From Catajapyx aquilonaris (lineage: Eukaryota), in NCBI GenBank assembly GCA_000934665.2, contig KZ538007.1, positions 1 through 64,000 of the forward strand: a stretch of DNA of 64,000 nt, read 5' to 3'. The translations under genes were made by a program, and so were the position numbers. Below the pieces are notes generated by a model, which was not told the origin of the DNA, did not search any database, and worked only from the letters and a program-made list of their open reading frames with translations. Every line of letters begins with the position of its first letter. Positions within the stretch are counted from its first letter, which is position 1. Positions 35,101 to 49,400 of the stretch are shown here, piece after piece.

Positions 35101-37649
35101 TACATGGAACTCTGAGGCCTCGAGTAGTACATAATATATAACTAACGGCATGTGGGGAACTAGCGACCGTAAAATTAGATAAATTTTCCAACTCAATATT
35201 AGCAAGTACCCCAAAATTCATGGGCATGCCGCTTTTTCCCCCTCCCACATATCCATTCCAGCAAATACAGCTCTGGTGCCAATGACGTCAACCACTATTC
35301 AGTTTATTTTACGCGCAATCGGTCAAAAAACAAACAAAAAACACCCTGTGCATGAAAGAATAATTTATGGTTTCGTTTTACAGCTACATTTAACTCCAGA
35401 AATGGACGCGATTCTCATATGAACAGAACCTTAAAAAAAACTTTCATCTCCAAGACGAATGAAATTTACATAACATTTCCTTAACCGCGGCGTAAACGTA
35501 GAAGCGAAGGAACTTGAGCACATTTTTTTTTTTTTTTGCAACCTTAGTTTCTTCAACCCTCCCACCCCCAAGGACTTGGCCGTAGCAAAATGTAGGCAAT
35601 TTGCAGATTGTAATATGGCGAGAGAGTCTCTGCCAGATGTGGATGAGGACCCATGTAGCAACCCCAGAGATAGAGTAGTAGACTGGAAAGGGGGAGTTGG
35701 ATGCAGTGAACGCTCTGAATTTTCCAAACAAATCATCCCGATTTGCAATTCCATGATCTCCCGTCAGGGTACAGTTGGTTTAATCCGCGTACGATGGACA
35801 CAGCTGGGACTGCGGACATGGGAACAGCCTGGTGGATGTACATGTGTGAAAGGGGGGGGGNCTTAAGTGAGTCGTCCGGGAGAGCTGTGCTGGAGATGGG
35901 TTTGGAAGCTGGGGGGGGGGTGTTCGCTATTTCGCGATTAAAACTGGGCAGCCCCGAAGCCATTAGCGAAGAACACGCGCCACACCCCACATCCCACCCA
36001 CTCGCCCTTATGAGCCCAGTGGGCTTCTGCTTCTAGCGGGGCTTGAATATAGGCGCGTTGTGGTTCATCAATCATTATGAGGACAGGAGGATGTTGCTTC
36101 GACTGGTGCAATCGGCCCAGGCAGGTGTGTTGCTAGTTTATTTGTACAGGATGAGTCTATAGTGCTGATTAAGCTGTTTAGTCATCACCGTGATTGATTT
36201 GCACAGTTCTAAATTAAGTCGGGCGTCACCACCACTTAGGTTCTTAGTAGGGACAGCGGGACACTTTCCGATATATGTATTGCTGACTCGACGCCTGCGA
36301 ACCATCCAGATTTTAGTTTCATGGTTTGTGCTATAGCGTGCATCCACGATTTTCGCTATGGCAGTTGAGCACCTTGTCCCAAAGGGCTTGGCTGCAGGGG
36401 AGAAACTACGCAGTTAGAGCCGCCAAACCCCCTTGACCTGCACACGGGCTTGACTCGCTTGAGAGGATCAGAGCTGTCCAGGGACGTCATCTCCGGAAGA
36501 GCCGGTCGCCGCGTCAAATTCCGCCCGGCCAAATACTCAGAGATATTATCTCGCCAACTTGATTGGAATTGCCAAACGGAATTAGCCGTGACCTCGACAT
36601 GGCCTTGTCCGATGCGGCAATGTATTAATAATAATATATTCATGCATTTGTTCGTTACAGCTTCGTATAATGGAAGGTCCACTGCATTAATTAGCATCCT
36701 TATTAAAAGTGTATACTTTTCTATTTTGGATCGACGTGCTTAGGTTGTACGAAACTAAGGGAGAGGCGTATCGAAGCATTTTGAAAATTTGTTTGATGAT
36801 GATAATCAGAAATATTTTCCTAATTTGCATTGGTACAACCCCTGAATGAACTGGTGTAATCTGGCATACTGTATGGTATTATCGGTAAACAGGGCTCTTA
36901 TTCCTGTCTTTTACACATCTCTTAAGTCATATGACCGGACTTTTCACAATTGGTATAAAAATCAGGCTAAGTCTATAATAAGTGAATAACTTAATAAGTA
37001 AGCGGCAGGGTAAAAATATGCTAACTATAGGAAACTAGTTGAAATCAATAACAATGCAATTTTTGAAAATTAATAGTGTGTAAAACAAAATTGCATCTGA
37101 TGTGTATTATTCTGCAAAAAAGCGTAACCTGCAAGGGTCCATAGTCTCTCCGCTCGTATTGACTTTTAATGTAATCCTAATTACGTTTTATCAAACTGGG
37201 AGAGCAGCAGAAAGTAATCTGATTTTGATAAGAGTACATTTAATATAACGGCATCTGCAATATAATCTCTCTCCCGCACGGCTCCATTTAATTTGAGGGT
37301 ATTATGCGACCTTCCTGACACTTTATTAAAACACTTGTGCCATTTATTACAGTACGTGCTTTTAAAAATTCATATCTCATTAGAGAATGAAGTGGACCAG
37401 GGAGGTATTGCACAGATTACTTTACATATTATGATGCCTCGGAATATTTGTCAGCTTGTTTAACTCATTATGACTGAAAATTTGACTTCTCATAAATTTT
37501 TACTCGAAACCTACTCATTTATCGTAAAATCTGTGGCCAGAAACCGAGGTTGTTTTCTATTAACTGCACATTACCGCAAATGTATTAGATTACAGAGGCC
37601 AAAAGGTGTAAGCAAGCAAATAGTAATTAGTAAGTTTGTGTTCTTCGCT

Positions 37650-37744
37650 ACTTATATTGCATCTTCTAATTCAAAAAAATTATTCTTCATCGCTGACTAC
37701 CCCTCATAGAGAAGTGTCGTGTTGTTGTTGTTGTTGTTGTTGTT
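37650..37744 (+). mobile_element. Extremely 5'-truncated RTE-family retroelement end with (GTT)8 tail
   Basis: TTCATCGCTGACTACCCCT...GTCGTG(TTG)n is shared with the minus-strand element at 51608-51932. TSD TTGTGTTCTTCGCT at 37636-37649 and 37743-37756. Confidence 0.8.
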
Positions 37745-40700
37745 GTGTTCTTCGCTGCGATTGGCTGGTCATGCTCGGCAGTCCGACAGCACATAATTCG
37801 ACTCTTTTGTAGTCCATGTTGTTCCCCACGACATTGGAAAACTATTTTCCACCGCTGTTTTATTATGAACCACAACCTTCCCCATATGAGACTACCAGCA
37901 TGCTTGTTTTGCTGAAAACCCGACTCCCACTGTCGCAATCAGGGTATGCCATGTCCTGGCTTCCTGCGGACTTCCTCACAAACACCCTACAAATTTTGAT
38001 TTATATCTACGTCACGCGACTTACACCCCCCCTAACAATTCCACATTTTCTGCAAAAGTGCCCAGCACCCCATTTGTCAATCGTACCCCCCGAAAAAAGA
38101 TTCTCGCATTTCTACGTGTCACCAGTTTGTCAGCAGTGTTTCATCGCCAATTCTACCAGCTCCCGGATGAATCATTTAGCATAATTTTGCATGCGCACTG
38201 AAAAGGGGTCGCCACTGACTGATCCTTAGCCAGGTTCCATAGAAGAGCAGGGAAATACCGGACCTTAAAAAAAAAGAGAGAACGTTTTTCTGAGAAACGG
38301 GGCGGTCCGTTACCAATCCCGAAGCTTATGTGCCGCTGTAGGCCGTAGGGCGCATTTTTATGTCATGCTGCGTCGTCAGTTATGGAGACGGCGTCCAACT
38401 TCCCCCTTTCCCGCCGCCTTTGAAGTGGGCTGCTACTGGAATGACGCCTGGGGAATGTCGACGAGCTTCTCGTTGCATATATATACCATGGCTGGGATTT
38501 GTGCTTCCTGGAAAAGGGGCGGGGAGTGTAAGGTGAAGGTTTGCAAGGGTTAGGGAGAGGAAGGGGTGGGAGGTAAATCGGGTTGAGGTGCCCCGAGGAA
38601 GATTCGCCAGCTTGGAATTCACAAAAGGAAGCTCAGACGACACTTGCCAAAGAGGGGGGGGGGCGGGTACTGGGGGTAAGGAGTGGGGGAAGCGTTTGAC
38701 TTGACGCCGAAAACCCTCCGTTTCTAGGATGCCCACGAGGGCAAGGATGCCAAGTGCAGGTGGGGGTTCCTATTCAGTCTGGGAGATATGGCCCACAGGG
38801 ATTCCGCACTTCAAAAAGTTCGGCTAATCGAGGTTTTCTTTGAGTTCCCAAGGAGAAAAGGGGGGGATCGATTGAAATCACAATGTTTTATTTCCTTTTT
38901 TTTTGAGGCGTGATTGTTCTATGGATGGTTGGAAGTGTTCAAAAGGTGCGGGAATATTTGTCGATTTATGTGGTAGAGAGACGTCCGATTGATACGGAGA
39001 TTCCTTGCGTGCTCGTGCATCGACAAAGTCCGGGGCCGGATAGCGCTATCGCTGTATATTCCTGAATGCTCATGGCGATTCTAGCAGCCCTTATCATTTG
39101 GTTGGTTTTCATGGGCGTTAGAATGATATTGCTCATGGGCACAGGTAGGACATCAAACAACATAAATGCACCCGGTTAGATGATAACGTTTGGTATGTGG
39201 TAGTCTTCTCTGCAGACACCAACTTTTGCTTCAGTGTACTTGATAGTCGCGGAGGAATTTTTCTGGAGATGCGTTGATGGTACTGTACGATGAAATTGGT
39301 GATTCAACCGAAACTTCGGGAAATACGTACAGTAGCCCTGAAGTCAAGTAGCATGGTCCGAGTGAGCTATAAATTTTTAAGAATCAACGACACATTTTGG
39401 TCGGGTAACAGCCTCATACGGCAATATTGCTCCGGAAACTGAAACACAAGCGCACGTATATTTCCTGTTGTAATATTTGAAGAGGAACTCCAATCCAAAG
39501 TTACATATTTAGTTAGGCGCCAGTAGTAAGGTATCTGTCTTATTTGACTTGATATTGAATCAACAACCAGCACTGTTTATCCTGCTCTGTAGTATACCTT
39601 GCGTACGTGTATGACTGGCTTGTAAGTTTCTATTGCTCTTCATGTGCAAAGTAACGTTTTCATCATAATAACTCGTAATTAAATAGTAATTTCGTGTGCA
39701 TACAAGAGAAACATGCTAAGTACCATTTTGGCGGTTTTGGGTTACTTATACGAATAATAATAAATTTACTGTTATATCACCTGGTGAGGTCCTAAATAGT
39801 CATAATGAGTCAGGAATTTCTGTCAACATAAGCATGTAAACAAATGCAAAGTCAAATTTTTGCCAATTTTCTTAAAACTAGTTTTTGGACTTCTTAGACC
39901 AATCTATTTCTATGCGACGGACGTGACAGTGTCATCGTCCATTCTTGTTGTCAGTGAGCATTTTGTAGCGCATCCTTTGGCTTGTAGATTACCTTAAGGA
40001 AGGCCGTGTCGAACTAGGGAGTAATTTAGCCGCAAATGCAGTCCATTATTGACACTCAAATGGCGGAGCTTAAGTAAACTGTGCCTGCTGATGAGTTTCC
40101 GACCAATTAGCAGCCAATCAATGGTGATTTGAATGAAATTTAGTTCGGGCCCATGTTGGAGATGTATTTGGCCAACCAATATCCCTAGAATTGGAGCATG
40201 TTGGCCCGATTGACGAGTTGGAAACCAATTAAGTGGTCTTTCAACCAGTGATATGTCAATAACGCCCGTTGGAATAGTGGACCAGATCTTCTAAGTTGGA
40301 ACATGTTTGCCTTGTGACGACAACCTTCGATTCGTGACAAATTAGAAGAGAATCATGCCTGGACCTCCATACTACCATATTATGGCGTGAATACCCACCC
40401 TTTTAAAAATTAATGCCATGACCATCCTTTGTACCCATTAGCGTATCGGCACGGTATAGCGACATTTTTATAACAAACTCGTTTTCATTATGGGAGCATC
40501 GCTGGCCCTTTGATGATTAATTAATGATCGGTCCTCGGGCATCATTGCACTCTACATTTTGTATGTTATCAATTGGGGCCAGGCTTGTTTACGGTACCGT
40601 ATTAAGTGCCCCACATGGCCAAAATCCTCTGTACGATAAATTCTAGCACTGGTATATTACCCGCGGAGCACTACAAAAGTCAGGTGGAGGGGGACCCCAC

Positions 40701-43700
40701 CTGGCCTCCCGAAGAGATGTTTCTCAATCCGATAAGTCACGGCGGGGGGCAATTTCCTGGCGAATAAATCCCAAATCTGTTCACTTCCTACGTCTATTCT
40801 CCTTCCCCGCTCCATTAGAGAAGTTGTGCCGGCGTAATCCGACGATTTAGTCAATTGGCTGCGAATAATCCTCAGACCCCGGGATGACTGGAGAGTATGG
40901 AGGCAGGGACGGGCAGGGAAGGGCAAGGCAGGGAAAGGGCTTACCAACGGAGCTAATTACAAGTCTGCACATTAAAAGTGTGGAGGCTCGGAGATGTAAC
41001 AGTGAAGTAAAAAAAGGACTGCTCTTTTAGTCATTTCCAGGCTCTCTTGGGCCTCAGGTTTTCTTCCACAGTTGCCAAGAGATTAAAACCAACTGGTGCT
41101 GGGAGGATGCCCAGAGCTTACCCACACTTCTTGGTGCCCATTTCAACCCCCTTCTCTCCACCCCTGATCCCAACCTCCGCCTAGCAAGCTCCCCCCCCNC
41201 CCCGATGTGAGTTATTACCCATCCTTTTTCCCTCCCGTATCTTCTCCAGATTGCCGGAGTCAGCCGCTTTTGTCTGCCCGCATGCTCCGGCGCCAGATTC
41301 ACCCTGTCTCTTATAGGTCCAACGGGCTCATCTATTCCTACCTTGAAGCAGGTATTCGAGGGAGAGAGGTACTCATTCAAGTCTGTTTTCAAGGGGCTTG
41401 GACATAATTTAGTAGAGAATGAATGGCCGATGGATGGACGTTCGAGTTTCATTTGTACATCTGGAAGGGTGCTATGGCTGATAGAGGGCGATGGGATACC
41501 AGCACCAGTAGGGGCTTCTCACGTTCTTGTCCATGCCTGTATATGTAGTGTACACTAAAGAAATATTTAGGTAAATTCATTCAGCCAAATCAACCATTTC
41601 TGTGTTTCAGTGTTTATTTTTCTATATATCATAAAATGGCAAAAAGGCTTTAGTAACGAAAATTACGAGAAAACGTGTGATTATGCATAGCCAGATATTT
41701 TCTCTTAATTTGAGTAGATACAAACTAGCCCTACGCTTCGATGCGCTTAGCACATGGCCGCGTTGGAAGCGTCGCCTGAAGTGTAATTGATGGCCATCCC
41801 GGTAATGGGGGCGCTTGCACACGTAATGGGGTCGCCACCCCCTGTTGTACCTTCTAGTAATTTGTGGCCAGCCAGCTAAAGGGGGCGCTCAGGGTGCTTC
41901 AAAAAGCACCCTCATCCCTTGATAATATTTGGAAAGTGCATTCGATGCTCTCCCAACTGACTCTAATATTCGTTGGTATTACGAGCCACTAAGTTTTAAA
42001 TTAATTACATTCTTGTCGAATCTCTGGATGTTTTGGCAAAAAAATCAAATAAAATAAAGTAGGCTTTAAAAGCGAATAGTTGTTGCCCTCCCCCATCTCC
42101 CATCCTCATATTTATGCAGTACAGATGTGGATGGTGGCACGTGGCGTCATCAAGATACCCGGCATGAATTTTTGAGAGACACGGGGGCCGCTACCACTTG
42201 GCAATTCAACCAGGTATCGCTTTATCGGTCCTGGAGGCTACTACACTTTCCTCCCCGCCTTACCCCTCCTTCCATCCCTCCCACTCCTAGCCTTCCATCT
42301 CTCCGGCGCAAAGTTCGTCAATACATCTCCGGAATTGGCCTCCGCGGGCCCGGAACCCAGTTTGGCACCTAATGAGATTATAATTACGAGATTTTGCAGG
42401 GGAATTTCCATACTGGCTTTTCGGAGAGGGATGTCGGTAGGGAGGATAGCGGGGAGAGGGAAAAGGAGGAAGGAAGGAAAATGTCGGGAGGTATGGAAAC
42501 GAGGTGAAATGGGACGTGCTATGAGATAGGGTGAGGGGGGGGGGGTAGAGGGGAAAAAGGGAGGCATTTTTTTCCCTGAAGAAGTGAGAGGCAACCACCG
42601 CTTCTCTTTTCATGCTGGGGAGACAACAAGGAGGGATTCAAGTGAGCTCCCTCATTAGCGTTTGTCATAGCGCGATTAATGGTTTTATGGCGCCTTTTTC
42701 AATTTCAGGATAAGTTGGGCCCTGGGGTGTTAGCACATTTCGGCAGTCATTTTGGAGGCGGATGCAATCAGGGGGGTTTAAAATTTGGTGTTAGGGTTGG
42801 ATTTCACGGGGGGTCGTGGAGTACACCTTGTAGGTTACGAAACTTTCAATTTTACTTTCCAGACGAAAATAGAGGCTCGTAAGTTTTACGTAACTTGGAA
42901 CTTGGAACATTTCATTCACTCTTAATAATTCATTTACCGATTTCGAGATGAGAATCCGGAGAATCCATTGTCACTTTTCCTGTCGCGGCAAGTTTCCACG
43001 TGGGTATTATAATAATAATTTATTGTTATGTTCGCAGAACATCACTGAGATACCCACAATGTAGAGATATGGATGGGCAAAATAGTCTTCATCTAGCTAG
43101 AGTGTCTGTGTAGCACCAGCAAACATTTCGTCTTTGATATGCAATACGCTTGCATTAAAATTACCTCCAGGACTTGAAGCGGTTAAGAGAAAATGTGTTA
43201 GTCTAGTGATGTTTGTCTGTGTAACATGAAGGAACAGGGTTGGAGTGCTGCTCAGTGGTAAATTTATTTGACTTTCCAAGATTTCTCTTTCTCTTCTCTG
43301 GGAGACAATGAGCAAAATACCCGTAACTAGTTGGTTTAAGAATTACCACCTTGACAACGGCACAGAGAGGTATTTAGGCTGACGACGTAGGCGGTGGCGG
43401 AAGTTAATGACATGACAGGTTAAGATGAGCGCATGACTGTACATATAACACAGTTAAAGGAAAATCAATAGACCTCCTACCTGAGGGGACCATTTCAATG
43501 TACCAATGATGGCCAACGATTACGAACATTATGCATATGTGCATTCGGGTAATGAGTGTCCAAAACTACTTATTCCCACGATAATCACTAAATACATTTT
43601 CAGGTACGTGGGATAAAGTAGAGCTCTAACGACCCCTTTTAAACTTCATGTTATTAATGAAGATGACATTTTTGGTCTTTGACAATGGCGCTGCTTCACC

Positions 43701-45496
43701 ACTCTTATAATAGCATGTCAAAGGCACAAGCTTGTAAGCCCGAAGTGCGGTACTACATGGATAATGTCGTTATTGCTTCAACGTGGGTGACGGCGCAGCT
43801 GTGTGACACGCTCCGCTGTGTGAGCAGCTTTTTAGCAATTTTTTTAACGAATTGTCAAATTGACTCATTGGTTACGTCGCGATGTTGACACGTCATCAGT
43901 ATAAAGTAAAAGTGCATTGAGAAAATGTTTCTTCGTAACTTTTCAAGAAATTTGTGCTGTAATGCGTAAGGCTGTGTCATTACAAGGGCGTCGACTGAAT
44001 TGACAGGTTCAGTTTCTCATATGGACTTGACATGATTACAGTTCATATTTAATTGACATTTCGGTACATCAATAAAGTGATGTTGAACAAGCGCCATATT
44101 TAAACACCATGATTCTTCCATGGTGGCGTCACTTCTACATACTGTAGTGCATCAGAGCGGCCTTCAAAGTAATAATGGATGTATACTGTAAACGCTGTCA
44201 AAAACAGCTAGTGTAGATGTAGTGCAATGCTTTTTCAGTAAATTTTCTCCCTTCAAATTAGTCAAATATTGAATGTAGTAATGTACTGTACGCTGTAGAT
44301 GGAATTAAAATCGCCTGGCGAACAAATAGTAATTACAGTTATTATTTAGCAGCTGAGTGAAGGTTACACATTAAAGAGAAATCTGTTGTACAACAATATA
44401 CTGCACAAATGTCATGAACACTGGACAGGTACATTGCGCAGAACATTGTTGTGGGCGTGGAAATGACACCTTCAATTATAGTGGTGCGGTTACATAAACA
44501 TTCTGGCCCTCGCAGTATGCAAGCATTGCTCATTTATTATACAAGTAGGTGCAAGTCAAGTGCTAAGCAGTTCCATAATTATGAAATGAGCAATTTGCAA
44601 CGCGATGGTTTGAAAATGAGTCTGAGATCTCTTTTGTGTACTGCGTAGGTCCAAAGCTAAGTAGTCTGTATAACATCAGTTACTAAGTTATAAACATTTT
44701 CTAAGGATTATCTCTAGCAGAATCACTAGTGCTTCTTCCATGTTGGATACAGCCTTATGACCTAATATGTTAGGAGTTCCTACTGTTGCAATCATAATGC
44801 AATTATAGACGCGAATTGTCGTAAGTTCTGCACGTCTGGTAAATGATGGTTTCTTATTAATTACATTCTTGCTTAAATTCTTGCTATTTTTGAACTTCAT
44901 GATTCTCGCTCCTGCGCACGTACTGCATATTAAACTTCATAATCTCATACCTTAGTCTGATATACGGTATAGGTTGCACGGTGCAGTTTTTTTGCGGAAA
45001 AGAAGTCTACCTAGTAACAAAAATTTAGGGAGAATCACCATACCCTTCTGGGCAACGATTTTTTTTGACCTTGTTTTCTGAAGGGAGGATTGGGGTAAAG
45101 GGATTTTGGGCACTATCCTGTTTCAGCCAGGCTCCACTAATTTATTTATAAAGGCCCTGAGCGCACATTTGCGCCCACGTTATTTTGCTTTCAAACCGTA
45201 TTTTTTTAAAAAAGGGAGAGCACAGTAGACTGGACCTAATTGACTTGCTTTCACTAACACTCCGCATCCTGTTACGTGACAATCGCATCGTAAGTTTGTT
45301 ATGCAAGAGACATGTTAGTGTTGGAAGTACGTACCTTCACTTAATGCCAGGTGGTAGAAAGGGTGTGATAAATTGCACTACTGACGCCACCTCTATAGGC
45401 GAAAAAGGAAAACATAACTCTTGATTGCCTCGATGTACACGGTAGCCATATATTTATTAATTTATTTTATTATATAATAATTAATTGTTGTCTTAA

Positions 45497-46045
45497 TAGT
45501 AAAACTTCTATAAGTCGAAGTTCTCTATGAGTCGAAGAAAATGTGAGCTTGGTTGGTCACAATGTAAAATAATAGGAAATAAACTTCCCTAACTCGAATT
45601 TCTACAACTCGAAGTGCAGGCAGGGCCTTACGATGGGATATCAATGCATTTTCAGTCTCCCTAAGTCGAAGTTCATGTTGGCGAGTACGGAAAATTTTCT
45701 CATTTCCCAGCCGAAGGGTCGAGAGTAGGCCACGTGTACAGAAAGGCCCTATTTCCTGATCTCTGTCTACCAGACGTATCGAAAGAAGTGTTTGACTCGA
45801 TTGTGACAATCGAATCCTTGAATCTAAGTGTAGGCAAATGCCCATAACATATTTTTTACAACAAAACAACGACGAACATTGTAAACTGTGTGATAGTGAC
45901 AGTTATTTTAAAGTTTTGAACACCTTTCGTCGCTGGATATAAAGGTAGGCTTTCTTATAGAGTTATGTGCTTTAAAAAATCCAAACTTCTCTAAATCGAA
46001 GTTTTTTCACGTCCCATGGAGATTCGACTTATATAAGTTTTACTG
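45497..46045. mobile_element. pogo/Tigger-like MITE, about 549 bp
   Basis: TIRs TAGTAAAACTTCTATAAGTCGAA and TTCGACTTATATAAGTTTTACTG (21/23 match). TA follows the right end. Internal AAGTCGAAG repeats. Confidence 0.8.
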
Positions 46046-46167
46046 TAGGTATGCGTGAAATATGCTGGTGTTTATCAATATTGTGTTAGCCTACGCCCTA
46101 TACAGTAAGCAAGTAGGCCTAATTCTAATAGTTATATGGTGGGGAGTGTATTATTACAAGCTGAAAC

Positions 46168-46409
46168 ACCGAAGCTAATCGGGAGGTCCTGGGTTCGATT
46201 CCCGGGGCCGGCGATCCTGACGTGGTTTTCTGTGGTTTTCCACGGCTCCCCCAGGATAATTCCGGGATTGCTTCCGTATAACCAAAACAGCCTCCCTCCT
46301 TCCTTCCTTCCATATCCTTGGCCCAATGCAATGGTGGTATTCTACCACCCCAATGGAGCGCCGCTTCTCCCAATGGGGTAAAAAAATTAACAATGAAATA
46401 ATTTAAAAA
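46168..46409 (+). mobile_element. 5'-truncated tRNA-derived SINE with 19-bp TSD
   Basis: B-box GGTTCGATTCCC, body homologous to 9800-10105, A-rich tail. Exact TSD TATTATTACAAGCTGAAAC at 46149-46167 and 46410-46428. Confidence 0.92.
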
Positions 46410-49400
46410 TATTATTACAAGCTGAAACCATATAAATATGTTGGTAATGTCAATACAGTATTTCGTATCATTTCTTGACATGTAGAAGTATAAAAATTGA
46501 CATGTAACAGTAATTTTTATGAGACATTTCTGTTCCATAATTGTATAATTATTACAATAATTATTTAGTCACACACATATATGCCTCCAAATCAATCCTA
46601 CTTCTGCTAAATATCACTCCATATCAAACATTTTTTGAGGACGATGCTACCACTTGAGCCCCCCCCCCCCTTAAAAAAAATGTTCGAAGCGTGTAACTGA
46701 AACCCAGGCTAATATTGAAATAGCCTAATCGCTTCCAGACCATTTTCCCTCCCACGTGCTCGTTCCCCATTTTTGTTGCACACCTTGTTTGCACCGAGGG
46801 CGACAATCTGGCTGTTTCTTTGTCCGGAACGGCTCATTTACCCCGGATTGAATGTGTGGACAGCGATGAGCCCGATTATAGCACAGCAACGCCACTTGAC
46901 ACTCCGCAGGCACTCACTTTTCCATGTAAATGAGAATGTCTACGAAGTGCCAAATTACTGTAGGGAGGAGAAGAGGAAGGGGTGGTGGTGGGGAGAAGGT
47001 TTGGAAATCCTGTGTCGTATGGAAAGGAGGGCACTTGGGGCCTTGGCCTCTGCCTGCCGCTGACGTTTCATCGCCGCTCGGGAGACTATCAGCCAGAACC
47101 TCGCTTTTCATTTCCCCAGTTTTCCTCTTTTCCCTCCTGCCGGGAGCTGGATTGGATGCGGAAAATCTGCCATAAATGGAAGGGATGTATAGGGAGTGCA
47201 GGGGTGGGAAGGGGCGCGGGGTCGGGATGGGGGGAAAGCGGGAAGTAGGGGGTGGAGGTGAAGGGGGGGGAAGAAACCCTGCCAGGCGAAAACTTATAAC
47301 TCGGTGTAAAATGAAACTTTGGGCCCCCCCTCCTATACCCCCAAGATGTGAAACAATTCGTTTTCGCGTCTGCTAATTCGTGAGTCTCAAGTTTGACAAG
47401 AATTTTCCCGAGTTATTGCAGCTTTAGGCGGATTTGCCCCCCCTCCCCCCATTCCGGCCATTTTTATTTTTTAATTTGAATTTGACATGTAGAACATGAA
47501 GGATTTGGGGGAGAACCCCCAGGGGGCGGGCTCATATCGAAAGAAATTATATCCAGATAAACTTTGTTGCCGGTTGGAAATGTTACGCTCTGCTGCCATG
47601 TACCGACTCTGCCGAGTGGAATTGACTCTGCAAGTCATTCGGCGTTATTTGCACCGCCAACGTGGATTTATTTGATAAGGTAATGAAAGAGATGCCGTGA
47701 TGTACTGTACGCTGCAAATAGAAAGTGTGTCGCTTTATTAAATTTGCCGCCTGGGTTTCAGTTTTCGCTCTCGACTTCATGGCGTTGCATCAACGTATTT
47801 TTGCTAGGCTTGTTGCAGTATCCTGACAGCCTAGAGAGGGCTTGATTTTAGAAGGAGGTAAGGAAGAAGTTCTTTCAAGCAGACTGCACCATTTGCTAGG
47901 GAGTATAAGCCTCTTGTCGGATATGGAAGCGGCATGTAGTCTTTGTATTGAAGGGTAGAAGCCACCAGAAGAGGCAGCCATTTTTGTGAAGAAGTTTGGA
48001 GTCTTTTCTTGAATAGAAGAGGATAGGAAATGATTATCCGTCGATGGAGTACGGGGATCTGTTGATACAGTAAAAAAAAGTTAATAGCAACTCTTGGCCT
48101 ATTCCTGTATATTTACTTTGAAAGCAATAGGCAAATGCAAATATTATATGATTATACCACATTAAAGTCAGAAGTTTGCAGACTGTTGTTTTGGCTTGGG
48201 CTTATTTTCATTTACATGTTGAGTCCTTAAATTCTTGGAAGCTGGTAACGTTATAGTACACGAAGCCAATATTCTCTCCATATCACATTTGATATTCTCA
48301 AAATTTGCTGATACATAATGGATGACTTTCAGTAGTGATTGTATCTTTGAGTTGCATCAGTTTAGTAACTTATACCTGCATAACGTAGCAGCGCAATAAT
48401 AAAAGGCTACCACATTAAGAGAAAAATGGTGATGTTTGTTGCTTTCCAGTGTGTGAAAAAAATTGAAATCGTTAATGCCCAGTGTATAGACTATTGTACT
48501 CACCTCGGGTTATGGTTGGTTACATGCGCCCATGTTGTTTGAATTGGGTCCATGGGCTGCCTTGTTTATGCTGCAACTGACACAGCAGTACCTGCAGGCT
48601 GACCCAGCTTGCATTGCTTCCTATATGGCGGATTTTCTAACATCAGTATGCTGCACCTGCTGCATAACTGCCCATTGATGTTTACAAACTTCAAAGCATA
48701 TTAGTTAGGAGCTCGATTGATTAAACAAAAAATATAGACGCTTTCTCTCAAGAGACGCATCGTTTTAATCTTGATCTCCATTTAAATGCGTGAATATAAT
48801 GAGGGAGTGAATTTTTGATTCAAAATTTTCGACGTCGGATGCACATTGCGAGGACCGAGTTACCGCATGTTACATGGTAAATGCAGAAATCTGTCACAGT
48901 AGTGTCTGTCAACCAATCTTTGAATGCGAAACACAAATAGCCATATGAACTTGTACATACGTAATTACTCCCTGCGCGTATGTCATAGTGCGCATTTAAA
49001 TATGACTGAATGAAAACCTCATCCGTTGCTTTAGAAACGGGCCCCTAATTGCGAAACGTGGCATTATGAAAATTGCATAACCCATATAATTAGACCCCCT
49101 CATGTACTAATGGTCCGAAAATAGTCAGCGTTCCCATGCAAAATTATTCTGCGGAGATGAGCATTAAACATTAAAAAGGTACCCGAAGGCCACCTGAAAA
49201 TTTAATCACATCTGCAGCAATCTGCCTGACCTTTTAACTCCGTGGACAATCCCTGCAGTAGCCTTGTGAACTTGGTCCAGTTCAAAATTCATACTAAAGA
49301 CTATTTCATTCGAATAAAACCTGACGCTGAAAACATCCCAATTCCAGCCACAAATTGCAAAGAGAAAAAAAAACTCCCACATATATCCCATCCAATGTAT

